Below are positions 48,716 through 59,043 of a DNA stretch of 64,000 nt, one piece after another (the first letter of the stretch is position 1; each line of letters opens with the position of its first letter). Source of the DNA: an uncultured Verrucomicrobiae bacterium (GTDB lineage Bacteria > Verrucomicrobiota > Verrucomicrobiia > Chthoniobacterales > JAFAMB01). The notes under the pieces were generated by a model. It was not told where the DNA came from. It did no database searches and saw only the letters and a program-made list of their open reading frames with translations. Made by a program: the position numbers and the translations under genes. The DNA is taken from assembly GCA_963813025.1 (NCBI GenBank), contig CAWEXO010000013.1, positions 544,001-608,000 of the forward strand, given 5' to 3'.

Positions 48716-49909
48716 ATGAGTGACGTTGCCGACCAAATCGCCGGCTCTTCCAATCGTGCCGGCCGCTACATGCGTCAACCTTCAGGATATCGCGCCTTTA
48801 TCCCGGCTACTCTGCCGCCAGTACCTCCCATCCGATTGGAGGGCGAACTTCAATTTCTGCTTTCCGACGCAGACCGCGCCATGGGCCGTCTAGACGGGTC
48901 CATTCAGACTCTACCCAATCCCGATTTGTTCGTCTTCATGTATGTTCGCAAAGAAGCCGTGCTCTCCAGCCAGATAGAGGGGACTGAAAGCTCCTTGCAA
49001 GACCTACTTGCTGCCGAAGCGAAAATCCTCTCTCCGGATCGCCCTCACGACGTGGACGAGGTGATAAACTACGTTAACGCCATGAATTACGGGCTTGAAC
49101 GCCTGCGCGAACTGCCTCTCTCGGTCGGCCTGATCAAAGAAATCCATGAGAGGCTACTTCATGGAGTGCGCGGAGCACGACTTACTCCTGGTGAACTCCG
49201 ACGTTCCCAAAATTGGATCGGCGCTGGCGGATGCACTCTTAGCGAGGCTATCTTCGTTCCGCCGCCTCCAGATGAAGTGCCTGCAGCCCTTGGAGCGTTG
49301 GAAACATTCCTTCACACTCCAACCGATCTGCCTGTGCTTATCCAAATTGGTCTCGCTCATGCCCAGTTCGAGACGATTCACCCTTTCCTCGACGGCAACG
49401 GACGTGTCGGGCGGCTCCTCATCACCTTCCTGCTCTGTCAGCGTGAGATTCTCCTCAAGCCTGTGCTCTATCTCTCCCATTTTTTCAAACGGCATCGCAC
49501 TTCCTACTATGAGCGTCTCCAATCCGTCCGCGACACCGGCGATTGGGGAAAATGGCTTGCATTCTTTCTGCTCGGCGTGACTAGCGTAAGTCGGGAGGCG
49601 ACCGAAACCGCCCGGCGCATTCTCGCCTTGCGCGAAGGCCATCGCACCATAGTGACCGCGCAGCTCGGACGCGCCGCTGCTAACGCTCACCGCGTACTCG
49701 AACATCTCTATCAGCGTCCCATTCTAGGCGTCGCCGATGTGCAGAAACTCACTGGCACAACTTATACCGCCGCCAATAACCTGGTTTCCCGCCTTTCCGA
49801 TCTCGGCATTATCCAAGAAACCACTGGCAATCGACGCAACAGGCTCTTTAGGTACGAACCCTACATCCGAATCTTCAGCGAGCCCCCTCCCGAAGGCGAG
49901 GACAAATAA
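48716..49909 (+). CDS. Fic family protein with C-terminal winged HTH
   Basis: HPFLDGNGRVGR catalytic motif; SSQIEGT N-terminal inhibitory motif; HTH-like C-terminus. Confidence 0.92.
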   Translation: MSDVADQIAGSSNRAGRYMRQPSGYRAFIPATLPPVPPIRLEGELQFLLSDADRAMGRLDGSIQTLPNPDLFVFMYVRKEAVLSSQIEGTESSLQDLLAAEAKILSPDRPHDVDEVINYVNAMNYGLERLRELPLSVGLIKEIHERLLHGVRGARLTPGELRRSQNWIGAGGCTLSEAIFVPPPPDEVPAALGALETFLHTPTDLPVLIQIGLAHAQFETIHPFLDGNGRVGRLLITFLLCQREILLKPVLYLSHFFKRHRTSYYERLQSVRDTGDWGKWLAFFLLGVTSVSREATETARRILALREGHRTIVTAQLGRAAANAHRVLEHLYQRPILGVADVQKLTGTTYTAANNLVSRLSDLGIIQETTGNRRNRLFRYEPYIRIFSEPPPEGEDK

Positions 49910-50015
49910 CGATGGAGGCCGTAAACGGGCGTAGCAAAGGTCTTGAGCCTCTCGCTCGGTGATGAAAAAGGGTGGCATTATTCCTGGTCTGCTTCGAGTC
50001 CGAGCGAAGGACGTC

Positions 50016-50666
50016 AGCCGTGCATCTGCAGTCCTTGTCCGGGAACATATCCGCTGCCCTTGGGCAGTGCGTCCTTAAGCTGCCCCATACTTTCCGTTAA
50101 CTGGTTAACCATGTCCTTCTGCGCCCGCTCAGCATCGAGTAAATTTTGCTTCGCCCTCTGAGTCTCGGCATCCGGAGCGCCGGCATTTATTAACGAATTA
50201 AGTTATCCTGGGCGGCCCTGATCTGTTCCGTTTGTTCTACATGCTCCGGACTAGGTTTAGCTGCTTCGACCAGTTCATATTTTCGCAGATCAGAAAAAAA
50301 TTGACCCCACTGCCCGCTCTCGCCCAAGGCCTTTTCCAACTCGTCTTTATTCTTAAGGCCGCCCGCTTTCATCAAGGCCGCCGCTAGGTTGTAACCAGTA
50401 TTCGCACTGAACTCCTGTAAATGCTTGTAATCGACCTGGCCGCCCGCATACATCCGGGTAATAGCCCGGGTGCCCATCTTGAACGATTCCGTATCGTGAG
50501 ACAGGTCAGACAGCTGGCCGATCATCTTCATCACGGCATCGGTGGAACCAAAGCGCTTGGCATTGGAGGACATCAGCTGTGCCGCAACATCCATCAGCTC
50601 AGAGTAAACACGCGGCGTCGATTGACCTTCCGCGTTACGGATTGCCTGATCCAGACTCTGCGCCAT
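50016..50666 (-). pseudogene. Phage tape-measure-like fragment
   Basis: TP...AQLM...IGQLSDLS...MYAGGQV...LQEF resembles tape-measure N-terminal domains; helical continuation after a frameshift. Confidence 0.45.
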
Positions 50667-50669
50667 TTC

Positions 50670-51181
50670 CGGGTGACCAGCACTAGCGCGGCAATGTCAG
50701 CCGAGCCAAGCGCCACGTTCCACACTCCCGGAAACGCAATTGCCGCATCCAGGAAGCTGCCTGCGCTATGCTGTCGGCGCCGAGGTTGATTGAGTTCGCA
50801 GTCGTGCTCCCTGTCAGAGACGTTGTGTCGGTGGCATTGTTGGCGCCGTTTTTGTAAATCGTACGACCAGAAGAACTGGTAAAAACCGCAGCAACGTGAT
50901 ACCAGGTGGAGGTGGTACTTGTGCTCGTCTCTCGGACAGGCGTGGATAAGGCCCCCGTTGCGTCTCCCTGAGTAATAGAAAACTTACCTAGGGAACTCAT
51001 GTAGAGGTTGTATTGGATCAAATTGTTTGAAGACGCAAAGACGCACGCGACCATATAGACGTTGCCGGATCCCCGGTATGGTGGTCATGTTAACCCGCGC
51101 CGCAATGGTCAAAGTGGTGTTGGTGACGGGACTAGCCTTACTCAGGTACTGGCTGGAGGCCGCAACAAGGGTTCTGGTCAT
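50670..51181 (-). pseudogene. LamG/concanavalin A-like domain protein broken by two frameshifts
   Basis: LTIAARV, TWYHVAAVF...IYKNG, INLGA, then FLDAAIAFPGVWNVAL in a third frame. Confidence 0.65.
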
Positions 51182-51621
51182 ATTATCTAACTCCTAATTG
51201 CGTGATCCGCCTTAACCGCCTTCCTACCACATCATTCGGCGCCGGATATCCGCACATTGTAGTGCTCGGGTATCAACTGCGGGATCATGAAGCGTTCGGA
51301 TCGCTAATCGGATAACGTTGTCCACCGTCGCACCGCAGCCACCTGCGAAAAGGATCGCGTCCGCTTCTGCTGCGGTAAGTTTATAAAAAGGTGGCTTCAT
51401 TTATGTTAGTTCGTAAAACAGGGGGAGCCGCCGCGGGAGCATCAATTAGTTACCATTTTTACCGCAACGGCTGGGTGCCCAAGTAGGCACACTGAAAGGT
51501 TTTTGGAGGTACGCCCTGCCAGCCCATGGAATAAAACTGGCAGGGCGCTGTGTAACACCAACAGTTGCCCGGTTTTCGCCCACCGAGCTGAGCCCACCTT
51601 TTTGCAATGCTTTTCACCGCG

Positions 51622-51864
51622 TTATTTGCGGGCCGGTAATTCAACAGCTGTCGTGCCAAACCCATTGCCATTGCACGTTCTCTTATAAAGCGCCGCGATT
51701 TGCGCTTTAGACAATCTCTGGTCGCCTCGACGCACAGTATAAACTCGTCCAGGGTTCGCGACCGCGTCCAGAATTATCGCCTTCTTTTCGGCCCGCGATA
51801 GGCCCTTGGCGTCGCATTGATCCCATAGATAATCTAGCCGCCGTTGTGATTCAGTTGAATTCAT
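51622..51864 (-). CDS. Small hypothetical protein within the element
   Basis: 80-aa ORF preceded by AGGAGA. Confidence 0.45.
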   Translation of the reverse strand: MNSTESQRRLDYLWDQCDAKGLSRAEKKAIILDAVANPGRVYTVRRGDQRLSKAQIAALYKRTCNGNGFGTTAVELPARK

Positions 51865-53049
51865 AATGTTAATATTCTCCTGGGTTCACTGGGGCCCGGC
51901 TAGCCGTGCCAACCTCTGGTAAAAAGGAAGCCTTGTTTCGGATTGACTGTGGAAGTAGTCTGCAGCGTTGTGCCGTTGCCAGGATCGGGAACCACAATCT
52001 GGATGAACCCCAGCACACCGTGCGACCCGCAAAGCATGTATTCATCTTTTGTGAGTGGAACCGGGACCAGTTTGATTTGCGCCACGCTATACCGCGGCAT
52101 GTCAACCCGCGGGACGGCCCGCCAGCGTGCGCTTCAAATCCACTCCCAACTCCAGCCAGCCCCAAAGTGGAGGGTCAGCCTGTCAACAGGGGAATTGCCC
52201 GCGCTGTGGCAGTCCGCCAATTGGCAGAATTATTCCCGAAAATGTTCTTGGCCCGGGAATTTCTATCTTCGCAGACCCATCGCCCCTTGGGCTAGGGGAG
52301 GGTGGAGGAGGTTCGTCGAATCTGCGCGACCACAGAGTCGAGGAGGCTCTTGCAGCTCTTCAAACGGATATCGTCCTCCCTTTGCTGATCGCACTGAGTC
52401 GGCTGAACAGCTGGTTCCTTGCTTGATCCCGGAACATCAATCACATGACTCGAGCCGGTGCCTATCGTAACTCCAGATGTAGTAAACATGATAATCTCCT
52501 TTTTAGTAATTCACATTGTTTGTAAGTTAAACGACGCTTGCTTCGCCCTTTAATACGGTGCATAGCATGTTCTTTTAACATTTGTAGTTTAGTGATAGAT
52601 TGGTGCTGTCGCTACTATCCAAAAGAGCATTTCTTGCCTGCACTAAATGGTAGTTAAGATTTACTCTTTCGGAGTACCGCGCTGACCAGGCGAAGCTCTA
52701 AGGTCGGTGTCAACTCCAGAATGCCGTTTCCTGGCGCTAGGATGACCGTAGACGCGTTTTGATGGCCCGCCTATACGTCCGAGCACCTCTGCTGGTCTTC
52801 TTGTCGGACACGATCTAGTGCGCCCATTTCTCACAGGGGTTGTGGTGTACTACGCGGTCCGATGGGTGCTCGATATACTCATAGCGCGGCGCGGGAACTG
52901 AAGAAATCGATTCCGGCAATCGGCGCTGTCGCCGGAAAGGTGGCAGAAGCTGATTCATGACGATGCGACCACCCGCTAGACCGCCGTTTCCCGCCTACCG
53001 AGGAAATGCTGGATTGGGCGGAGCCTGCGGCAGTGCTTGCCGGAAGTCC

Positions 53050-53310
53050 GCCGAAGTCATTGAAAATTTTGGGACCATCATTCCAACCTTCGAAGACTAC
53101 TGCCGTGGTCGGTGGCAGATGAGTCTGGCACGTTCCAAGCGACTCGTGGCTTCTGCGGAAGTCATCCAGAATTTGACTCCGATCGGAGCCATCCCAGCTA
53201 ACCTGGAGCAGACTCGCCCACTCGCCAACCTTGAACCCGAGCAGCAGCGCGAGGTGTGGGAGAAAGCGGTCGAGACAGCGCCGGTGCCTTTAGCCCAAAC
53301 CTGTCAATAG
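53050..53310 (+). pseudogene. Fragment of a phage/mobile-element hypothetical protein
   Basis: TFEDYCRGRW.MS...RL..SAEV..NL.PIG..PAN..Q.RPL..LEPEQQREVWEKAVETAP, a pattern I recognise from mobile-element proteins; N-terminus missing. Confidence 0.5.
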
Positions 53311-53536
53311 AGCGATGAGCCCAACCACGCTGAGAGCAATAATCACCGCAAGAAAGCACGCTAGGTTCCGTTCGAGCATAGTCGACTGAATGTATCGACA
53401 CAGATTACGGCGACGTTGCGGCAACATTACAATTCAGACATGCCGCGGCATGTCAAGCTTCAGCGGTTCAGCGTGGCGCCTCAGAAAAGCCCCCAGGAAC
53501 GAATCGGGACAGCCCGCACGGTTATCCCTAGCTAAA

Positions 53537-54872
53537 GGCTGTTGCGAAATGGTTTTTCCCCTCGGCGTGGCGCGGCGGAGGGCGAACGAGTAGTTCTTCA
53601 AAGAAATTTTGATTTTGTTGTTGTCGAGAGTTACCTAATCGACTATATCGATTAGGTAGTGATCGGTAAGACCGTTCGGCCAGTTTCTCTATTTGCTTTC
53701 GCTTTCTTCAAGGAAGTAGCCACCATTACTGACCCGGTGCTCGATTCGGTTGATGGGCTGCTTGACGACCCGGGCTTATTGGCTTTGAGCACTCGGGCTT
53801 TGACGAGCCGCTCGCCAGGCTCAGGCAAAGTTGGCCGCGAAGGAATTGCGCCGGATCGGCTGCTGCGCTGTGCGGTGCTTAAGCACATCAAAGGTTGGTC
53901 CTACCGTGAACTGCACCACGAACTGCGAGTCAGCCTTCTCTATCGACGCTTCACGCGCTTTTATGAGGATCCGATTCCAGATTTTAGCAATCTGTGTCGG
54001 GCTTTTGCGCTCTTTGGCAAGGAAGGCACTCCAGCAGATTCACCAGCAGATCGTAGAGCAGGCCAAAGAGGCGACCATCCTTGCCGGAAAGAAGCTGCGC
54101 ACCGATACCACCGCGGTCGAAACGAATATTCACCACCCAACCGACAGCTCGTTGCTGGCCGATTCAGTGCGGGTCATGAGCCGGTCTTTGCAACGTATCG
54201 CCGGAGGTTGTCAGGAATCGGAGCTTCGCATTGTCCATCATGCTCGGGCGGTCAAACATCGAGTGTTGGAGATTGGCCGAGCGGCCCGGACTTGTACGCA
54301 AGCAGGCCAGGAGCAGTTAAAGCAAAGCTATAAAAAGCTCATCGGACTGACCCAAGGAGTAAGGACTCAGGGCCTATCGGTGCTTACGGCTCTCAAAAAT
54401 GGCCAATTAGTGGCCCGGCAGGAGACTTCTTTGAAGGTCCTTGCAGCAGAAGCTTCTCTCAAACATTACCTGCCCTTGGTTGAGAAAGTTATCGCTCAGA
54501 GTTGGGCGCGAATTTTCCAGGCACAGACGCGCCATCCGGAGAAAATCTTGAGCCTCTTTGAGCCCCACAGTGTGGTCATTCGCAAGGGTAAAGCTCACAA
54601 ACCCAATGAATTTGGTCGCTTGGTCCGGATCGACGAAGTCGAAAACGGGCTGGTCAGCAATTATGCTGTGGCCCCGGGCAACCTTTGCGATCGGCAACGG
54701 TGGATGCCGGCGCTGGAAACACATCTGGAGCGATTCGGTCGAGCACCAGAATTGGCTGCGGCTGACCGAGGCTTCTGGAGTAGTGCCAACGAAAAGGCTG
54801 CGCTTGGAGCTGGGAGTCAAGCAAGTAGTGCTGCCGAGCTGCGGTCGCTTAAGCGCCGCCCGAGCTGCGCGA
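53537..54872 (+). mobile_element. ISNCY/IS5-like insertion sequence, frameshifted and 3'-truncated by IS256
   Basis: DUF772-like N-terminus (WSYREL...LYRRFTR), RTDTTAVETNIHHPTDS.LL, KILSLFEPH..VIRKGK, ADRGF. Confidence 0.8.
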
Positions 54873-56280
54873 GAGCTATAACCGAATTTTGTGGATGAGG
54901 AGATAAAGAAAGGCGCATCCTTTCAGTGAGAAAAAGAAACACGGCAGCCTCACTCGAGGACGCCAAAAAGAAAGGATGCACCAATGCCAGAGAATAAAGT
55001 GGTCTCGCTTGATGAGCGAGCAAAAGATGAAGAGAAGCCCTTCCTGGAACAGTTACTGCAGGAAGGGGCCAGGAAGCTGTTACAGGCGGCAATCGAGAAT
55101 GAGGTGATCGACTATATCCAATTCCACAAAGATCAGCGGGATGAGAATGGGCAGCGGCTGGTGGTACGCAATGGACATCTGCCGGAGCGGGAGGTGGTCA
55201 GTGGAGTGGGTCCGATCCGGGTTCGTCAGCCACGGATCCGGCATCGCGACCAAGGTCGATTTTCCAGCGCGATTCTGCCCAAGTATATGCGTCGGGCTCC
55301 CAGCGTCGATGCTTTGATTCCAGCCCTTTACCTCAAAGGGATCTCAACCGGAGATTTCAGCGAAGCGTTGACAGCGATTTTGGGCGAAGGAGCCAGTGGG
55401 CTTTCAGCCACCAACATCGTCAGACTCAAGAGCAGTTGGGAAGCCGATTACAAGGCATGGACTCAGCGTGACTTGAGGCAGAAGCGTTACGTTTATTGGT
55501 GGGCCGACGGCGTCTATTTCAACGTCCGACTCGACGAAGAGCGAACCTGCGTGCTGGTCTTGATCGGAGCCACCGAGGATGGCACCAAAGAACTCTTAGC
55601 TGTTGTCGACGGTTATCGCGAAAGCACCCAATCCTGGCGTGAACTGCTTGGGCAGCTCAAACGCCTAGGCCTGTCCGCCGCGCCGAAGTTGGCCATCGGT
55701 GACGGTTCGCTCGGCTTCTGGATCGCTCTGCAGGAAGAATATGGCCCGATCGCCCAGCAACGTTGTTGGGTGCATAAGACAGCCAACATCCTGGATAAAA
55801 TGCCCAAGAGTGTGCAAGGTAAAGCTAAGCAACTCATCCATGAAATGTACCTGGCGCCGACCCGCAAAGCAGCTCTGGCGGCCTACGATCAGTTCATCTC
55901 CAGTTACCAAATCAAGTTCCCAAAAGCCTGCGAATGCTTGGACAAAGATAAAGAAGTCCTGTTTACCTTTTACGACTTCCCAGCCCAACATTGGCCGCAT
56001 TTACGGACCACCAACCCCATCGAATCCACCTTTGCTACCGTCCGATTACGAACTCACCGAACAAAGGGTTGCGGTTCACGAATCGCGACACTGACAATGG
56101 TCTTTAAACTCGGTCTGGAAGCCCAAAAGCATTGGCGCCGGCTTCAGGGCTTCGAACTGATCCCAAAGGTAGTTACTGGTGTCCGGTTCGTCGATGGCGA
56201 AGAACAAACCCAACAGGCCGCTTAATCGATCATTTCAAAGGATGCGCCCGTTCCCAATACACAACTTTTGACAATATCTC
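54873..56280 (+). mobile_element. IS256-family element, transposase 54984-56225
   Basis: VRNG, LYLKGISTGD, WADG, IGDG, QRCWVHK, RTTNPIES; imperfect terminal IRs GAGCTATAACCGAATTTTGTG / CACAACTTTTGACAATATCTC. Confidence 0.93.
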
Positions 56281-56428
56281 TTCGGCTATGACGGTAGAAG
56301 CGAACCTTGCCGCTCCACCCGATATGCTCCCACCTCTTAGCGGCAACAAAGCGAAAATACAACTGAACCATTACTCTGGTTAATCTGTGGGGCGCCAGTG
56401 GTCGCCAACCGCTGGCCCTTCTTTTTCC

Positions 56429-56662
56429 TCAGATGGGCTCATGGCTGGGTTGCTTTCTTCCGGGGACCCCCGGTGCGCGGGAAACCCTTGCCTCGGGCCA
56501 GAATAAATTTGTCCAGAGTCTCTTTCGTAAAAAAATACCGGCCTTTAAATTTATTGGACGGCAGTCTGTCGGTATAGACAAAATACATGAGACTGCCATG
56601 GTCCAAGCCCACGTATTTTGCAGCTTCTTTGCTGTTAGGTCGTTTTCGGTAACTGTGGTCAT
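56429..56662 (-). CDS. Small hypothetical protein or fragment downstream of the primase-like gene
   Basis: 77-aa ORF directly after the primase-like ORF; no motif recognised. Confidence 0.3.
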   Translation of the reverse strand: MTTVTENDLTAKKLQNTWAWTMAVSCILSIPTDCRPINLKAGIFLRKRLWTNLFWPEARVSRAPGVPGRKQPSHEPI

Positions 56663-56673
56663 TTCAATAAGTA

Positions 56674-57225
56674 CTAATTGATTTTTAGGTGCTCGGAACA
56701 GTTCCTAACTGTCTTAGCTATTGGCCCACCGTTAGGCTTCTCGTACAGCCACAGAAGTTTCTGCTCCCGCCCGTTATCCCCTCGCGTTACGCACGGCAAC
56801 CGCGTCAGCCGCACCGCGGTTAGTGCGCCAGGATCGGCCCCGAACGGGATCAGTAGCGGCATAAGCTTGTCGCGCACAATGCGGTCAAAGTCTTCTTTGG
56901 ATCCTGCCCCGGTGCGGAACAAGGCATGCACACTCCGGTTGCCCGAGGTGTAAAGCGCGACAATGGGGAGGTGGAGCTGCATTAGTAACCGCAGCCATAG
57001 ATCCTCCGGTGCTAGGTCTGACTCAAGAACAGCATGGCGAAAGCTTGTCAGATTTCCCTCTGACCGGATAGACCCGTTAACCACCTCGCCATTGACTGGA
57101 TTACTTAAAATCCAACAGCCATCATTGTTCTTAGCAATGTACCTGGCCAGCAGATCCGCGGACCTCTCGTCTCCGACGTTGTAAATAAACCCGACCTTGG
57201 AGTTTTTATTCTTGGTGACGAACAC
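56674..57225 (-). CDS. Phage/plasmid primase-like (AEP/RepB-type) domain protein, probably N-terminally truncated
   Basis: HAVLESD, YTSGNRSVHAL, GADP..LTAVRLTRLP acidic and His motifs typical of AEP-fold primases. Confidence 0.6.
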   Translation of the reverse strand: MFVTKNKNSKVGFIYNVGDERSADLLARYIAKNNDGCWILSNPVNGEVVNGSIRSEGNLTSFRHAVLESDLAPEDLWLRLLMQLHLPIVALYTSGNRSVHALFRTGAGSKEDFDRIVRDKLMPLLIPFGADPGALTAVRLTRLPCVTRGDNGREQKLLWLYEKPNGGPIAKTVRNCSEHLKIN

Positions 57226-57248
57226 CTTTTCGCCGGTGAGAGATTCTT

Positions 57249-58391
57249 TCAGAACGTCACACGCGCTGCCATAGCCTGGCTGTGCTCATCGCGGAGGTGA
57301 CCATAGGTTCGCATCGCCAGGGAACCGCCATCCGAATGACCAAGCCAGCGCGATACGATGGGAATGTCCACCCCGGATTCAATACAACGGGTGGCGAACA
57401 GGTGACGAAGGTCGTGATGCGTAAAGCGGGCGATCCCCAGTCTGGCGCATGCCCGGTCAATGGCTTTCTGGCATTCAGTGACTGCAAGCACGTATCCGGC
57501 CTTTCTCCGGGCCGCAGAACGCGGGTAACGCGGCGTCTGGCGCAGGTCGATAAGCAGCTTTGCCAAAGGCTCGATAATCGGAATCCAGCGAGTCTTGCCG
57601 CTCTTGGTGGAGTTAAGGGGATCGCCACAGATTTTGATTCGGGCACCGTTTTCGTCTACATGATCCCAGAGCACGCACCGCGCCTCATCGACTCGACAGC
57701 CGGTGTAAGATAAGAACTCAACCAAGTCTGCCGAACACTGACTGACCGCGCCCTCGGCGCTGCGGATTTCTTTAACGAGTGCCGCGAACTGAGTGCCAGT
57801 AGGTATCCGCATCGTCTTCTGCTTGGGCGTAATCTTGCCGATGACGTTCGCCGGATTGTCTAGAATAGCGCCGTGTTCAACGCCAACATCCAAGATGTGC
57901 CGAAGGGTGTCGACAGTGTTATTGAATCGGCCGGCTGAAATGGTTTTCTGTGCTCCGTCGGTCTTCCACCCATGGCCATTGGCCCGCTTTGAATTTAAGA
58001 AGACCTTGGCCCACTCCCGGCATTGAGATTGGCTGATCGCTGAAATTCTTGTGTCAGCTAATCCGGGCCATGAACGAAACAAAGTTTTGATCGTCTGGAA
58101 CCGATAATCCTTGCTCGATTGTTTGATCTCACTATCAGTTTCGACCTTGGCCCGGTAGAGTTCAGCGGCTTGGCCTAGCGTCGGTTTTCCAGACAGAAGG
58201 GCGTCGGATATGTTGCGGGTCTTGTTGATCTCTTGGAGGACCTTCGGCGCTTGGGCGCGGGCTATCTCGAAGGAAGTTGTCTTAAGAGCTTTCCACATCT
58301 CGCTGCCTTGCCGGAAGCCACGCACATAGTACCTTCCGGAATCACGATGGCGATAGAGATGCTGAACTTTGGTTTGAATCCATGTGGCCGT
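57249..58391 (-). CDS. Tyrosine recombinase/integrase (first canonical start 58325; open frame extends upstream)
   Basis: TGCRVDEA, TKSG, HDLRH, LGH, RTY catalytic set; adjacent to the tRNA. Confidence 0.93.
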   Translation of the reverse strand, partial: TATWIQTKVQHLYRHRDSGRYYVRGFRQGSEMWKALKTTSFEIARAQAPKVLQEINKTRNISDALLSGKPTLGQAAELYRAKVETDSEIKQSSKDYRFQTIKTLFRSWPGLADTRISAISQSQCREWAKVFLNSKRANGHGWKTDGAQKTISAGRFNNTVDTLRHILDVGVEHGAILDNPANVIGKITPKQKTMRIPTGTQFAALVKEIRSAEGAVSQCSADLVEFLSYTGCRVDEARCVLWDHVDENGARIKICGDPLNSTKSGKTRWIPIIEPLAKLLIDLRQTPRYPRSAARRKAGYVLAVTECQKAIDRACARLGIARFTHHDLRHLFATRCIESGVDIPIVSRWLGHSDGGSLAMRTYGHLRDEHSQAMAARVTF

Positions 58392-58434
58392 AACAGCACT
58401 GTACCCGAACCCACCGTGAACGCAACCGTGAAAA

Positions 58435-58511
58435 GCGCTCTTAGCTCAGGTGGATAGAGCAAGGGATTTCTAATCCCTAGGTCACAGGTTCGAGTCCTGT
58501 AGAGCGCACCA
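58435..58511 (+). tRNA. tRNA-Arg(TCT) with encoded CCA
   Basis: Cloverleaf: acceptor GCGCTCT/AGAGCGC, D stem GCTC/GAGC, anticodon stem AGGGA/TCCCT with loop TTTCTAA, T arm ACAGG-TTCGAGT-CCTGT, ACCA end. Confidence 0.96.
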
Positions 58512-58559
58512 CCAGATGAATTCAAGAACACCACTGACGACTTCAGAACATCCTCCATC

Positions 58560-58967
58560 ATGACCGAACAACCTGCTTTAGCCGAATACCTCGTGATTTC
58601 ACGGGGACAATGGGACCCAACCCTTTCGGGGAGTGAAATACAGAGCGCGATCGATCAGTTCTACACTTGGTATGAGCGATTGGCGAATGAAGGAAAAATT
58701 AAGCGAGGGAGTCGGCTCACGTACGAAGGCAAAACGATCGCGGGACAAAATCTGGTAACCGACGGTCCATTTGGCGAAACCAAGGAAGTGATTGGTGGTT
58801 ACTGGTTCATTCTCGCGAACAGCCTCGACGAAGCCGTGCAGATCGCCAAAGGCAACCCCTGCTTGAACTGCGGCATTTTTTGCGAAATCAGGCCCGTCGA
58901 TTCCCAACGCGCAACCCCGGAAAATACCCGGGCATCGAGGGCTGATAGAATTAGTGATGACCGATGA
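58560..58967 (+). CDS. YciI family (DGPF domain) protein
   Basis: VTDGPFGETKEVIGGYW, SLDEA, EIRP. Confidence 0.88.
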   Translation: MTEQPALAEYLVISRGQWDPTLSGSEIQSAIDQFYTWYERLANEGKIKRGSRLTYEGKTIAGQNLVTDGPFGETKEVIGGYWFILANSLDEAVQIAKGNPCLNCGIFCEIRPVDSQRATPENTRASRADRISDDR

Positions 58968-58983
58968 CCGATGACCGATGACC
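58956..58983 (+). repeat. 7-mer GATGACC x4 overlapping the YciI stop
   Basis: gatgaccgatgaccgatgaccgatgacc; same unit as 32437-32463. Confidence 0.8.
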
Positions 58984-59043
58984 TGCACGCACGACTTTTC
59001 TCTGACGTTTACCGTAGTGCTGGGCTAACCCGCGAAACTCCGC

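Larger units (their letters stand above)
48197..58476. mobile_element. Decayed integrative phage/satellite-like element at tRNA-Arg(TCT)
   Basis: Direct att repeats, tyrosine integrase next to the tRNA, arm-like repeats at both ends, primase-like, tape-measure-like and LamG fragments. Confidence 0.85.

Noticed and set aside
53659..54898. Programmed frameshift in the ISNCY transposase
   Set aside because: No slippery sequence at the shift (about 54030); the element is also truncated, so error or decay is more likely.
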